Shown here one piece after another: positions 50,829-60,482 of a stretch of DNA of 64,000 nucleotides. The position numbers and the translations under genes are program-made. Origin of the DNA: Candidatus Culexmicrobium cathedralense (GTDB lineage Archaea; Thermoproteota; Methanomethylicia; Culexarchaeales; Culexmicrobiaceae); contig JANZKC010000003.1 of assembly GCA_025061115.1 (NCBI GenBank), positions 32,001-96,000 on the forward strand, written 5' to 3'. Within the stretch, counting starts at the first letter, position 1. Each line of letters starts with the position of its first letter. The notes beneath the pieces are model-generated. The model was not told the DNA's origin and searched no databases. It saw nothing but the letters and a program-made list of their open reading frames with translations.

Positions 50829-52058
50829 ATGATTGCTTCTAAGCGCTTTAGATACTTGCCTGTAAGTGATGCAGTTAGGAGAGTTTTAAGTCAATTGGAA
50901 ATTAATCAATGGGAAGTTGAGGAAGTTCCATTGGTTGATGCTTTTGGAAGAGTTTTAGCTGAAGAGGTGAAAGTTAATTTTGATATTCCGCCGTATGATA
51001 CAGCTCATTTTGATGGTTATGCAGTTAATTATGAGGATACGTTAAATGCTGCACCTAAAAATCCTATATACTTAACCGTAAAGGGTTATATTCCTCCAAA
51101 TAAAATCCATGATTTAAGTATTGGTAGAGGTGAAGTGTATACTATTAGCACTGGTGCCTACCTACCTAGGGGCGCCAACGCAATAATTCCAATTGAATCA
51201 GTCAGATTAATTAATGATGGTAAAATTGAAGTAAGGCATCCAAGTAAGCTTGGAGATCACGTGATTTGGAAAGGCAGCGACTTTAAATTTGGCGAAATCA
51301 TTTTCACCCCGGGCCACGTCTTAAGGCCGCAGGACATCGGTTTGCTTGCCTATTTAGGTTTTAAAAGAATTAAGGTATATGTCAAACCTAGAATTTCAAT
51401 AATATCAGTTGGAGATGAGTTGTTATCGAGGGGGTTTTCCGACCATACATATGTTATTTCGGGTCTAGTTAAAGAGTATGGAGGCATCCCTATAGATTTG
51501 GGAGTGATCGGTGATGATGTAATTGAAATAAGAAGAGCACTGTCAAGAGGGCTTGAAGAAGGTGATTTAGTTATAACGATAGGTGGGTGCTCTGTTGGCA
51601 AGAAGGATTTGGTTCCAGATGCAGCAATGTCATTCAGCAACTCAAAAATAGTAGTTAGGGGATTAAAGAGAGTTCCAGGTCGTCAAACAAGCTTAGCAAT
51701 CATAGACGGCAAGCCTGTGCTGATGCTTCCGGGATTAATTCAATCAATGATTGTGGGTTTCTATTCGCTTGGAATTCCTATTTTAAGAAAACTCACCAAT
51801 TCTTTAATTCAAAATAATTGTATTGCAGTTAGGCTTTTTAGGAGCTTAGAGTTAAATTACATGAAGCCATTTGAAAGAGTGGTTTTTGGTAAAATCATTG
51901 ACTTTAATGGTCTTCCAATCGTTAAGCCCTTGACCGGCTATTCCATGCTTAGAAGCATTGTAGTTAGGTCCGATGGCTTTATAATTATTCCGCCATTTGA
52001 AACAAAAATTGATGTCAATAAAATCTTTAGATTTAACCTCTTCAGGCCAATTTTATAG
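50829..52058 (+). CDS. moeA: Molybdopterin molybdo/tungsto-transferase
   Basis: GRVLAE, DGYAV, TGA.LP.GA, SVGDEL, GG.SVG..D, PG; start moved to ATG after GGTGA. Confidence 0.88.
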   Translation: MIASKRFRYLPVSDAVRRVLSQLEINQWEVEEVPLVDAFGRVLAEEVKVNFDIPPYDTAHFDGYAVNYEDTLNAAPKNPIYLTVKGYIPPNKIHDLSIGRGEVYTISTGAYLPRGANAIIPIESVRLINDGKIEVRHPSKLGDHVIWKGSDFKFGEIIFTPGHVLRPQDIGLLAYLGFKRIKVYVKPRISIISVGDELLSRGFSDHTYVISGLVKEYGGIPIDLGVIGDDVIEIRRALSRGLEEGDLVITIGGCSVGKKDLVPDAAMSFSNSKIVVRGLKRVPGRQTSLAIIDGKPVLMLPGLIQSMIVGFYSLGIPILRKLTNSLIQNNCIAVRLFRSLELNYMKPFERVVFGKIIDFNGLPIVKPLTGYSMLRSIVVRSDGFIIIPPFETKIDVNKIFRFNLFRPIL

Positions 52059-52081
52059 TTCAAATTGGAGCGTGCATAGGT

Positions 52082-52315
52082 TTGAAGCAAATTAGTTTGG
52101 ATGATCTTGCTAGGGATTATGATATTGATGTTAATAATCTAAGAGAAGAGTTGAGGAGGAGAGGGTTGAGTTTGGATGATGTTAATATTTATGCTTTAAA
52201 TTATGTTCCAATGAGGTTGCAGCACATATTTTTTGAACTTAATAAGTTAGATTTAATTGTTATTGAAACTAGAATTATTGAATCTAAACTATTATTGATT
52301 TGCGCAAAAATTTAA
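52082..52315 (+). CDS. Small hypothetical protein
   Basis: 77-aa ORF directly following moeA. Confidence 0.45.
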   Translation: MKQISLDDLARDYDIDVNNLREELRRRGLSLDDVNIYALNYVPMRLQHIFFELNKLDLIVIETRIIESKLLLICAKI

Positions 52316-52389
52316 TCTATTATTAAATAAACATTAAATTAATGAGTTTTTTACTTTTAATGTTTAAGTGTTAAATGCTTTGGTGCATG

Positions 52390-53667
52390 TTATTTCACGT
52401 ATTCACAGCCGCACCATTCAACTATCATTGTTGCCATGACTTTGGTGGCTCTGATTACATCGCTAACTTTAACTCTCTCATTGTAGGCGTGCATTTGGGT
52501 TATTGTTCCAGGTCCGAAACATACTGTTGGTACTCCCATTTTCATCAGTATTCTCATGTCTGTTGCTCCTTCATGTCCCTTAATTATTGGATCCATATTT
52601 AGTGCGGCTCTGTAGGAATTGATTAATGATTGAACTACTGGATGTTGAACTGAGATTTCTGCTCCTTCACCTGCATATCCTTCTTGCCTGATTATTGGAG
52701 GATTAAATCTCAGCCAAGGATCAGTTTTAGAATAATTTAGTATGAAGTCTTTTAATTCATTAAATGCTGATTCGATGGTTTCTCCTGGTAGTAGTCCCAT
52801 TCTGCCTTTAAGCACAGCTTTATCTGGTATTGCGCTTGGATAGGTTCCTGCATTTAGAATTCCTATGAAGAGTGCGAGCACGCCTTTAGGGTCAGGGTAT
52901 AGTGGATGCTTCTTCTCCTTAATCCTTATTTCATACAGTTTTTTCACTGCTTCATAAACCTTGTATGCTTGTTCAATGGCGTTTACTCCCTTCCATATTC
53001 TTGACATCGATGCGGTTTTGCCTTTAACTTCAACTGTAAACCACATGCTTCCCGATACTGCTGGTTGAATTTCCATGTCGCTTGCCTCGGCATTTATTGC
53101 TCCATCAGCTTTATATCCTCGTAGCAGTGCTGCTAATGTGCCATTGCTTGTGTATTCTTCATCTATGACGTAGTGCATGTATATGTCTCCTTTAGGTTTG
53201 AATCCAGCATCTAAAATTAATTTTACAGCCATGGTATATGCGGCTATGCCACTTTTCATATCTGAGGCTCCTCTACCGTAAAGATAATCCTCTTCAACTA
53301 CGGCTTCAAATGGGTCGTACTTCCAAGATTCTTTTGGACCTGGAGGTATTACATCAACATGACCATTGAATAATAACGATTTGCCACCGCCAGTGCCCTT
53401 AACAATTCCAGTCAGCATGGGCCTATTCTTGTATGGAATTTTCGGTTTTTCAGCTAGTGGGCTCTTTAAAAGTTCATTTTCATTAATAATCCACATATCG
53501 TAATTTATACCCCATTCCTTGAGTTGAGAAGCAATAAATTCTTGAATATCCTTTTCTTGACCTGTAATGCTTGGAATTCTAATTATTTCCTGTAAAAATT
53601 TAATTATTTCGTTTTTACTTTCGTCGATTTTACTAACTATTTTCTCGATGATCTCTTTCTTATTCAC
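52390..53667 (-). CDS. M20 ArgE/DapE-family deacylase
   Basis: NGHVDV, GRGASDMKSG, DEE, NAE, GATD, GPG, H..NE. Confidence 0.9.
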   Translation of the reverse strand: MNKKEIIEKIVSKIDESKNEIIKFLQEIIRIPSITGQEKDIQEFIASQLKEWGINYDMWIINENELLKSPLAEKPKIPYKNRPMLTGIVKGTGGGKSLLFNGHVDVIPPGPKESWKYDPFEAVVEEDYLYGRGASDMKSGIAAYTMAVKLILDAGFKPKGDIYMHYVIDEEYTSNGTLAALLRGYKADGAINAEASDMEIQPAVSGSMWFTVEVKGKTASMSRIWKGVNAIEQAYKVYEAVKKLYEIRIKEKKHPLYPDPKGVLALFIGILNAGTYPSAIPDKAVLKGRMGLLPGETIESAFNELKDFILNYSKTDPWLRFNPPIIRQEGYAGEGAEISVQHPVVQSLINSYRAALNMDPIIKGHEGATDMRILMKMGVPTVCFGPGTITQMHAYNERVKVSDVIRATKVMATMIVEWCGCEYVK

Positions 53668-53735
53668 TTTCTCACCAAATATATTGATGACACATATTTT
53701 ATATAATGTTTTATGAGATTATTATTGGTGAAAAC

Positions 53736-54770
53736 TTGAAGGCAGCTATTCTTGAAGGACCTAAAAAATTGCTGGTGGCTGAGGCTCCAACACCTACATC
53801 TGTTAGAGCTGGTGAAGTTATAATTAAAATCGAATATGCCGCGGTATGCGGCACTGACGTTCACTTATATGCCGGAGATTTACCTGCTAGATATCCAGTT
53901 ATTCTTGGCCATGAATATGCGGGCAGAATATTGATGGTTGGGCCCAGAGTTAGGAATTTTAAGCCTGGAGATAGAGTTGTCGGCTCCTACGTAGTTTATT
54001 GTGGTGATTGCAGATTCTGTATTTCTGGGAAATATCAATTATGCGAAAGAAGATTGCTGTTTGGAATAAATATAGACGGCTCGTTTGCCCAGTACATGAA
54101 GGTCCCATTGGCAGATAGAGTTTTAATAAAAGTTCCAGATGACCTTGAACTTAGAGATGCTGTCCTTATACCAGACATGTTTCTCACGGGCTTCTGCGGA
54201 GTCGAAGCTGGAGTTAAGCCTGGAGACTATGTTCTAATCAGTGGGCTTGGAGGCGTTGGGTTATCAGCAGCAATTGCAGCTAAGCATGCTGGTGCTTCAC
54301 TTGTCATAGGAGTTGACATGCGAGACAAGCCGCTTGAGCTTGCAAAGCAGTTGGGCATGGACCAAGTAATCGACGCGCGAAAGGAGAATGTTGCTGAAGC
54401 AGTTAAGAAGCTCACGGACGGGTATGGCGTTCACGTGGCAATTGAAGCGAGTGGAGCTCCTCCAGCAATTAAATCAGCATTGGAAGCAATTAGGCCAAGT
54501 GGAAAACTTGTTCAAATAGGAATTCCTGGAAAGCCAGTGGAGCTAGACTTGAAGTATCTCATAGGGATGGAAAAGTCAATTATCGGTGTGTTAAATCCAG
54601 CAACACCGATACATATGGAGAGGGCAATGAACTTCGTTAAACCTAGGATAAGTGAATTGAGGAAGCTTGTTACTCACGAGTACTCACTGGATGAAATTGT
54701 TGAGGCAATGAATGTTGCTTACAAGAAAGTTGGCGACCCAATTAAAGTGCTAATTAAAGTTGCGCCGTAG
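53736..54770 (+). CDS. Zn-dependent medium-chain alcohol dehydrogenase
   Basis: CGTD, GHE, CxxCxxC..C structural Zn site, PD third ligand, GLGGVG; Asp after the Rossmann strand suggests NAD(H). Confidence 0.92.
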   Translation: MKAAILEGPKKLLVAEAPTPTSVRAGEVIIKIEYAAVCGTDVHLYAGDLPARYPVILGHEYAGRILMVGPRVRNFKPGDRVVGSYVVYCGDCRFCISGKYQLCERRLLFGINIDGSFAQYMKVPLADRVLIKVPDDLELRDAVLIPDMFLTGFCGVEAGVKPGDYVLISGLGGVGLSAAIAAKHAGASLVIGVDMRDKPLELAKQLGMDQVIDARKENVAEAVKKLTDGYGVHVAIEASGAPPAIKSALEAIRPSGKLVQIGIPGKPVELDLKYLIGMEKSIIGVLNPATPIHMERAMNFVKPRISELRKLVTHEYSLDEIVEAMNVAYKKVGDPIKVLIKVAP

Positions 54771-54783
54771 GAGTTTCTCCTAC
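54767..54783 (+). terminator. Hairpin overlapping the ADH stop codon
   Basis: GTAGGAG-TTT-CTCCTAC perfect 7-bp stem followed by T-rich sequence. Confidence 0.35.
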
Positions 54784-55036
54784 TTGTTAATTTATTCTCC
54801 TCCTTTTGGCAAGCATATCTATTGGAATGCTCGTGTATTAGTATTGCAGTATCCTCTTGAAGTGGGGTTATTTCTCCGACCTTCTAACTCCTTAATGTCT
54901 TGTTGCCCTTCATGGCTATGTGGAGCTAAATGGTTGTAGCGCTCATTTACATACTAATGTACTTCGCAATGTAATTGTTAATTCTGCTGAAAACAAATCT
55001 ATAAATCGTTATGTTGCTCTCATAAATTATGTGTAG

Positions 55037-56365
55037 GTGGTTGTTTTGACGCGCGTTGCAATTGTTAAAGTTAGAGAGCCAGTAGATGAAAGTAACATTC
55101 GAGAAGCAGTGGAGAGCGCGATTGGTAATCTTGGTGGAATTGATCGATTCATTAAGCCTGGAGAAAAGGTGTTAATTAAGCCTAACTTGGTTAGCCCTAG
55201 GCCGCCTCCAGTTACTACTGATCCGAGAGTTGTTGAGGCTGTTGCAATGATTGTTAAGGAAGCTGGAGCTCAGCCAATTATTGCTGAGTCATGCTCGGCG
55301 ATGACTCATTGGTGGAGGGAGGGGATGAATACTAGGCAAGTTATGGAGCTGCTCGGCTACATCGACATGGCTAAGAGGGTAGGTGTTGATATAGTTCCTC
55401 TCGACGAGGAGGGCTTCAAGTCTATTAAAGTAAAAATTCCAAATGGAGTTGTTGTAAAAGAAATTGAGCTTGCGGAATTAGCTCTCAAAGTTGATAAGAT
55501 TATTGGTGTTCCCGTTTTAAAGACTAGCATGGAAGGAGGAGGATTGACTGGTTGCTTGAAGCTCATGCATGGCTTGACAAACACGTTTAATGACAGGTTG
55601 AGATGGCATAGGTCCGACTTATGGTATAAAATTGTTGATGAGCTTAAGCCAATAATGGATAAGTATGTGCTGGGAATTTTCGATGCAATTAAATGCATGG
55701 AGGGGGACGGTCCAATTCATGGAGATCCAGTTGACATGAACTTGATAATAGCTGGCGACGATCCAGTTGCAACGGATGCAATTGCAGCTAAAATTATTGG
55801 ATATGAGTACCCGCATCTTGAAATTGGGCCAATAGCTATTGCGCACACGCAGGGATTAGGCGTTGGAGATCCTTCCAAGATTGAAGTTGTAGGCATGGAC
55901 ATAGATAAAGTTAGGAGGAGATTTAAATTTGCCAATTGCGAAATCGTTGAGCCGCACTTTCCAAATACCTACGTGATTGATGGAGCAAGCTGCAGGACAT
56001 GTAAAGCTTGGATCAAATTCACGCTGTACATGCTCAAGGATACTGGTTTCTTCGATGAACTGAAATCTATGAACAAGTACTTGTATTTCTTCGTTGGCTT
56101 GAACGCTCCATTACCATTAAGCGTTGAAGAGATAAGTAAATTAGCTGAAAAAGGTTTGGTCATAGTTTTTGGGGAATGTACAGTATCAACAACTGGCAGG
56201 GAGCTTTACTGGATCTTGACTCAAGGATCATTAAAAGATAAGGTTATGATTGTTCATGGATGTCCACCCTTCGCCGTGTCGGAGTATGCTGCTGAAATTA
56301 GGAGGAGATTTGGGCTCGAAGTTACTGAACGTGAAGTTGAAGCTTTCAAATATGTTCCAACGTAA
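55037..56365 (+). CDS. DUF362 protein with C-terminal Cys-rich domain
   Basis: VLIKPN, TTDP, P.LKT, MEG.GP, DPVA.D; tail CRTC..GEC..GCPP. Confidence 0.85.
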   Translation: MVVLTRVAIVKVREPVDESNIREAVESAIGNLGGIDRFIKPGEKVLIKPNLVSPRPPPVTTDPRVVEAVAMIVKEAGAQPIIAESCSAMTHWWREGMNTRQVMELLGYIDMAKRVGVDIVPLDEEGFKSIKVKIPNGVVVKEIELAELALKVDKIIGVPVLKTSMEGGGLTGCLKLMHGLTNTFNDRLRWHRSDLWYKIVDELKPIMDKYVLGIFDAIKCMEGDGPIHGDPVDMNLIIAGDDPVATDAIAAKIIGYEYPHLEIGPIAIAHTQGLGVGDPSKIEVVGMDIDKVRRRFKFANCEIVEPHFPNTYVIDGASCRTCKAWIKFTLYMLKDTGFFDELKSMNKYLYFFVGLNAPLPLSVEEISKLAEKGLVIVFGECTVSTTGRELYWILTQGSLKDKVMIVHGCPPFAVSEYAAEIRRRFGLEVTEREVEAFKYVPT

Positions 56366-56407
56366 ATTGAATTTATTTGGAGGCGATTAAATCTGGCTGA
56401 GGATCCA

Positions 56408-58729
56408 ATGCGCTTGCTTGAAAAGTGGTTAAGAGCTGAACGTTTTCTAGTAGTAGGTAAATCAGTTAAACGATTGGATGCAATTGATAAGGTTACTGGT
56501 AAAGCTAAGTTCATGGAGGATCATGTTTTACCAACTATGCTCTATGTAAAGCTTTTAACTAGCACTGAGCCTCATGCGAGAATACTTGGAATAGATGTTG
56601 GCGAGGCGTTGAGAGTTAAAGGAGTGGTTAAAGTTGTAACTTCAAATGACATTCCAGGTGAAAATCAAGTTGGATACGCCCTTCCAGATCAACCATTGCT
56701 GGCTGCTTGTAAAGTTAGATTTCATGGAGAACCTATAGGGCTGGTAGCTGCTGAAACGCCCGAAGCCGCGCTTGAAGGAGCAATGGCAGTTAAAGTGGAC
56801 TATGAGCCGTTACCAGCAATTTTGGATCCAATTGAAGCTATGAGGCGAAAGGACGTTTTGGTTCATGAGGAGATGGGTAGTAATATTGCATTTACGACTA
56901 AAGTTAGGAAAGGTGATGTTAGAGCTGGATTTGAGAAAGCCGACGTTATAGTTGAAAATGAATATAGAACCCAACATCAAGATCACGTTTATCTTGAAAC
57001 TGAGGGTGCATTGGCCATACCTGAAAGAGGAGGAGAATTAACGATTTTTTCATGTGCACAATATCCGCATTTAGCTCAAGCCATAACTGCAAGAGTACTT
57101 GGTTTACCAGCTGGAAAGGTAAGAATAGTTCAGCCATTTATTGGTGGAGGATTTGGTGGAAAGGATGATACTGGCCCACTTGTTGCAGCTCAAGCAGCAC
57201 TTGTAGCTTACTTAACTGGTAGGCCAGCACTTCTAATCTACTCTAGGGAGGACTCCTTTAGAGCTAGATGTAAACGTGAGTCCTCAATCATAAAGTACAA
57301 GTCAGGGGCTACGAGAGAAGGCAAATTAACTGCAATTGAAGTGATGATAATAATGGATGCAGGGGCATATGCTAATCGGGGTCCATTCATTCTTTGGAGA
57401 GCTACGATGCACTCATCAGGGCCATACGTTGTTCCGAACGCTAAGGTCGATGGGTATTGCGTATATACGAATAAGGTTTATCAGGGCTCGTTTAGAGGCT
57501 TCGGAAATCCGGATATTCAATTTGCAGTTGAAGCTCAAATGGATGAGCTAGCTAATAAATTAGGTTTGGATCCTGTCGATTTTAGATTGAAAAACATTTT
57601 GAAGCCAGGCTCGCTTACAGTTACGAGTCAGCTTTTAAACCATTCGATTGGAATTGGAGAAGCATTAAGGCTTGTTGCTGAGAAAGCGAATTGGTGGGAA
57701 AAAAGGAGTGAGTATGGTTCTCAGAAAGGTAGGTTTCGAAGAGGTATTGGTGTAGCTTGTGCTTGGCATGGAATTAGCACCAGTAGAGGTGTGCCAGATT
57801 GGTCTAATGCATTAATAAAAGTCGAAAAGGATGGAAGCATTCAGGTTTTCACTGGAATTACTGAAATTGGACAGGGATCTCCTACAACATCGCATGTGCA
57901 GATAGTTGCTGAAGTTCTTGGAGTGCCAATAAATTATATTTCAATGCATTTTGGAACTACGGATGCACCAGATACTGGAGCAACGCATGCTTCCAGAGGA
58001 ACGAGTATTGGAGCTATAGGCGTGCTTTTGGCCGCGGCCAGAATTCGTGAGAGACTAAGCAGACTTGCAGCTAAAATTTTAAACTGCAATCCAGATGACC
58101 TAGTTTTTAAAGATGGAAAAATCTGTTCAAAAAGTGATGCTAGTAAATTGATTGGGTGGAAGGAATTAGTTAAGGAAGCCTATAACCGTGGAGTTGAACT
58201 ATCAGCTACAGGGTACTTCTATCTTCCGAAAGGAACTTTCGATCATGAAAGCGGGCAGGGATTTGCCTATCCAGCATACAGCTACATCGTTAATATAGCT
58301 GAAGTTGAAGTTGACGTGAAAACCGGCAGGGTGAGGGTTCTGAGAATGTGGCCTGCACTTGCAGCTGGAAGAATAATTAATCCACTTGCAGTTGAGGGGC
58401 AAATTGAGGGCGGAATAGCTCAGGGATTAGGCTTAGCGTTGATGGAAAAGGTTGAATTTGACGAGAAGGGGGCAATAGTAAATGCGAACTTAACGGACTA
58501 TGTGGTTCCCATCTCACTTGACATGCCTGAAGTGGAGAAGCCAATTTACGTCGAGGATTTATTCAAGTTCGGACCATTTGGAGCTAAGGGAGTAGGCGAG
58601 ATGGCGTTGATACCAACTCCAGCTGCAATAGCTAATGCAGTTGCGCATGCAATTGGAGTGAGAATAACTGAACTACCATTAACTCCAGAAAAAGTTTACT
58701 TCGCAATTAGGGGGAAGAGACATGCCTAA
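56408..58729 (+). CDS. Xanthine-oxidase-family Mo-hydroxylase, molybdopterin subunit
   Basis: KVTG, PHARI, GGGFGGK, FRGFG, EIGQG, GQIEGG..QG.G, GAKGVGE. Confidence 0.95.
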   Translation: MRLLEKWLRAERFLVVGKSVKRLDAIDKVTGKAKFMEDHVLPTMLYVKLLTSTEPHARILGIDVGEALRVKGVVKVVTSNDIPGENQVGYALPDQPLLAACKVRFHGEPIGLVAAETPEAALEGAMAVKVDYEPLPAILDPIEAMRRKDVLVHEEMGSNIAFTTKVRKGDVRAGFEKADVIVENEYRTQHQDHVYLETEGALAIPERGGELTIFSCAQYPHLAQAITARVLGLPAGKVRIVQPFIGGGFGGKDDTGPLVAAQAALVAYLTGRPALLIYSREDSFRARCKRESSIIKYKSGATREGKLTAIEVMIIMDAGAYANRGPFILWRATMHSSGPYVVPNAKVDGYCVYTNKVYQGSFRGFGNPDIQFAVEAQMDELANKLGLDPVDFRLKNILKPGSLTVTSQLLNHSIGIGEALRLVAEKANWWEKRSEYGSQKGRFRRGIGVACAWHGISTSRGVPDWSNALIKVEKDGSIQVFTGITEIGQGSPTTSHVQIVAEVLGVPINYISMHFGTTDAPDTGATHASRGTSIGAIGVLLAAARIRERLSRLAAKILNCNPDDLVFKDGKICSKSDASKLIGWKELVKEAYNRGVELSATGYFYLPKGTFDHESGQGFAYPAYSYIVNIAEVEVDVKTGRVRVLRMWPALAAGRIINPLAVEGQIEGGIAQGLGLALMEKVEFDEKGAIVNANLTDYVVPISLDMPEVEKPIYVEDLFKFGPFGAKGVGEMALIPTPAAIANAVAHAIGVRITELPLTPEKVYFAIRGKRHA

Positions 58730-59003
58730 AGTAAAGTTGAAGCTACTGTTTAGTCCTCTGAGAAGCCTGATAAGTGAAGATGAGCTGACAATCGAAGCTA
58801 AAAGCTTCAGAGAAGTAATTTCAAAGCTAACTGAAAGGTATGGGGGAGTTGTTAGTAATATGTTCTTCACTGAAGATGGGGGAGACCACCACTTCAACTA
58901 TTTAATAATGGATGGAAGAACTTATAGGGTAAGCGAATTGCTCGATTTGAAGTTTAATAGAGATAAAGTAATTTACGTATGGCCAGCATTGGATGGAGGC
59001 TAG
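58722..59003 (+). CDS. Divergent MoaD/ThiS-like ubiquitin-fold protein
   Basis: VKL..F..LR...E.., ends VWPALDGG; overlaps the upstream stop. Confidence 0.8.
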   Translation: MPKVKLKLLFSPLRSLISEDELTIEAKSFREVISKLTERYGGVVSNMFFTEDGGDHHFNYLIMDGRTYRVSELLDLKFNRDKVIYVWPALDGG

Positions 59004-59006
59004 AAA

Positions 59007-59903
59007 GTGGCCCAATTCTATTTGATTCCAAAGATAAACTACTTTAAGCCGAAAAACTTGGATGAAGCATTAAAACTGTTAAGTAAACTTGAAGAAGCTA
59101 GAGTAATTGCTGGAGGAACAGACCTGATAGTGGACATGAAGACCGGTAGAACGAAGCCAAAAAGCGTAATTGACATATCCTCACTAGGTGAACTTAAGTA
59201 CATAAAACTGGACTCAACATCAATCAGAATTGGAGCAGCAACAACTTTACAAGAGATACTTGAATCTAAAATCATTGTCGAAAATGTTCCTGTACTTGCG
59301 GAAGCAATAAGCAATATGGGTTCATGGCATTTGAGGAATGTAGCTACGATAGGAGGAAATCTCTGCAATGCGTCTCCAGCTGCAGATACAGCTCCACCCT
59401 TGCTTGTTCTGAATGCTGAAGTAAAGTTGAGAAGCTTAATGGAAGAGAGAATAGTTCCAATCAGCAAGTTCTTCCATGGCCCCCGCTCAACGGAGTTAAG
59501 AGCTAACGAAATCATGACGGAAATAGTAATTCCAAGACCTCCCAAAAAATCCGGAATGAAATTCTTGAAATTGGGTAGAAGAAGCGCTCACACCCTATCA
59601 ATAGTTGCTGTTGCAACGTTAGTGACTGTCGATAAGGGTAGGTTTAATGATGTTAGAATATCATTAAATGCTGTTGCTCCAACTCCAATAAGAGCTTACA
59701 AGACAGAAGAAGCCTTGAAGGGAGAAAAGGTCGAAATAGGAGTTATAGAGGATAAAATGAAGATGATTGCAGAGGAAATCAAGCCGATAACAGACGTGAG
59801 AGCTTCAGCTGAATATCGCAGGGAAATGTCGATAATATTGGCTAGAGATGCGATTTTTGAATCTCTAAAACAATTAGGATTCAAATTGGAGGTGGATAAT
59901 TGA
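59007..59903 (+). CDS. Mo-hydroxylase FAD-binding subunit
   Basis: AGGTDL, IGA, RNVATIGGN..NASPAAD, D.RASAEYR. Confidence 0.95.
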   Translation: MAQFYLIPKINYFKPKNLDEALKLLSKLEEARVIAGGTDLIVDMKTGRTKPKSVIDISSLGELKYIKLDSTSIRIGAATTLQEILESKIIVENVPVLAEAISNMGSWHLRNVATIGGNLCNASPAADTAPPLLVLNAEVKLRSLMEERIVPISKFFHGPRSTELRANEIMTEIVIPRPPKKSGMKFLKLGRRSAHTLSIVAVATLVTVDKGRFNDVRISLNAVAPTPIRAYKTEEALKGEKVEIGVIEDKMKMIAEEIKPITDVRASAEYRREMSIILARDAIFESLKQLGFKLEVDN

Positions 59904-60367
59904 AAATTAAATTCAACTTGAATGGAAAGTATGTTGAAGTTGATGCTCCGCCAAATATGACGCTACTTGACCTATTGAGAAGAAAACTATTAATAACTAG
60001 TGTGAAGAGAGGCTGTGAGAAAGGAGAATGCGGTGCTTGCACAGTTCTAGTTGATGGGAAGCCGGTTTATTCCTGCTTAATTTTGGCTCCAATGATCGAG
60101 GGTAGAAGCGTCATAACTGTAGAATATTTATCTAGAGATGGAAGCTTACATCCAATACAAGAAGCATTTGTTGAAGCTGGAGCTGTTCAATGCGGATTCT
60201 GCACTCCAGCATTCATATTAACTGCATACGCACTACTTAATAAGAATCCAAAGCCATCAAAAGAGGAGGTAATGAGGGCATTCGAGGGGCTAATATGTAG
60301 GTGCACAGGATATGTAAAACTAATTAAAGCAACATTACTTGCAGCCGAGAAGATCCGTGGCAAGTGA
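59900..60367 (+). CDS. Mo-hydroxylase 2x[2Fe-2S] subunit
   Basis: GCEKGECGACTV..SC, QCGFC, CRCTGY. Confidence 0.95.
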   Translation: MKIKFNLNGKYVEVDAPPNMTLLDLLRRKLLITSVKRGCEKGECGACTVLVDGKPVYSCLILAPMIEGRSVITVEYLSRDGSLHPIQEAFVEAGAVQCGFCTPAFILTAYALLNKNPKPSKEEVMRAFEGLICRCTGYVKLIKATLLAAEKIRGK

Positions 60368-60482
60368 CATGGAGATCAATTATACATTATTAAGTTCAGA
60401 AATTTGAAAAGATGCTTCGAAAGCCGATCAAACCCTAACATAAATATTCATTTAGGATTAATTGTATTTAATTGGTGATTAA

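Noticed and set aside
49428-60367. Selenium-dependent Mo-hydroxylase (YqeB/YqeC/SelD) system or aerobic CO dehydrogenase
   Set aside because: No yqeB, yqeC or selD in the window and no CODH active-site loop
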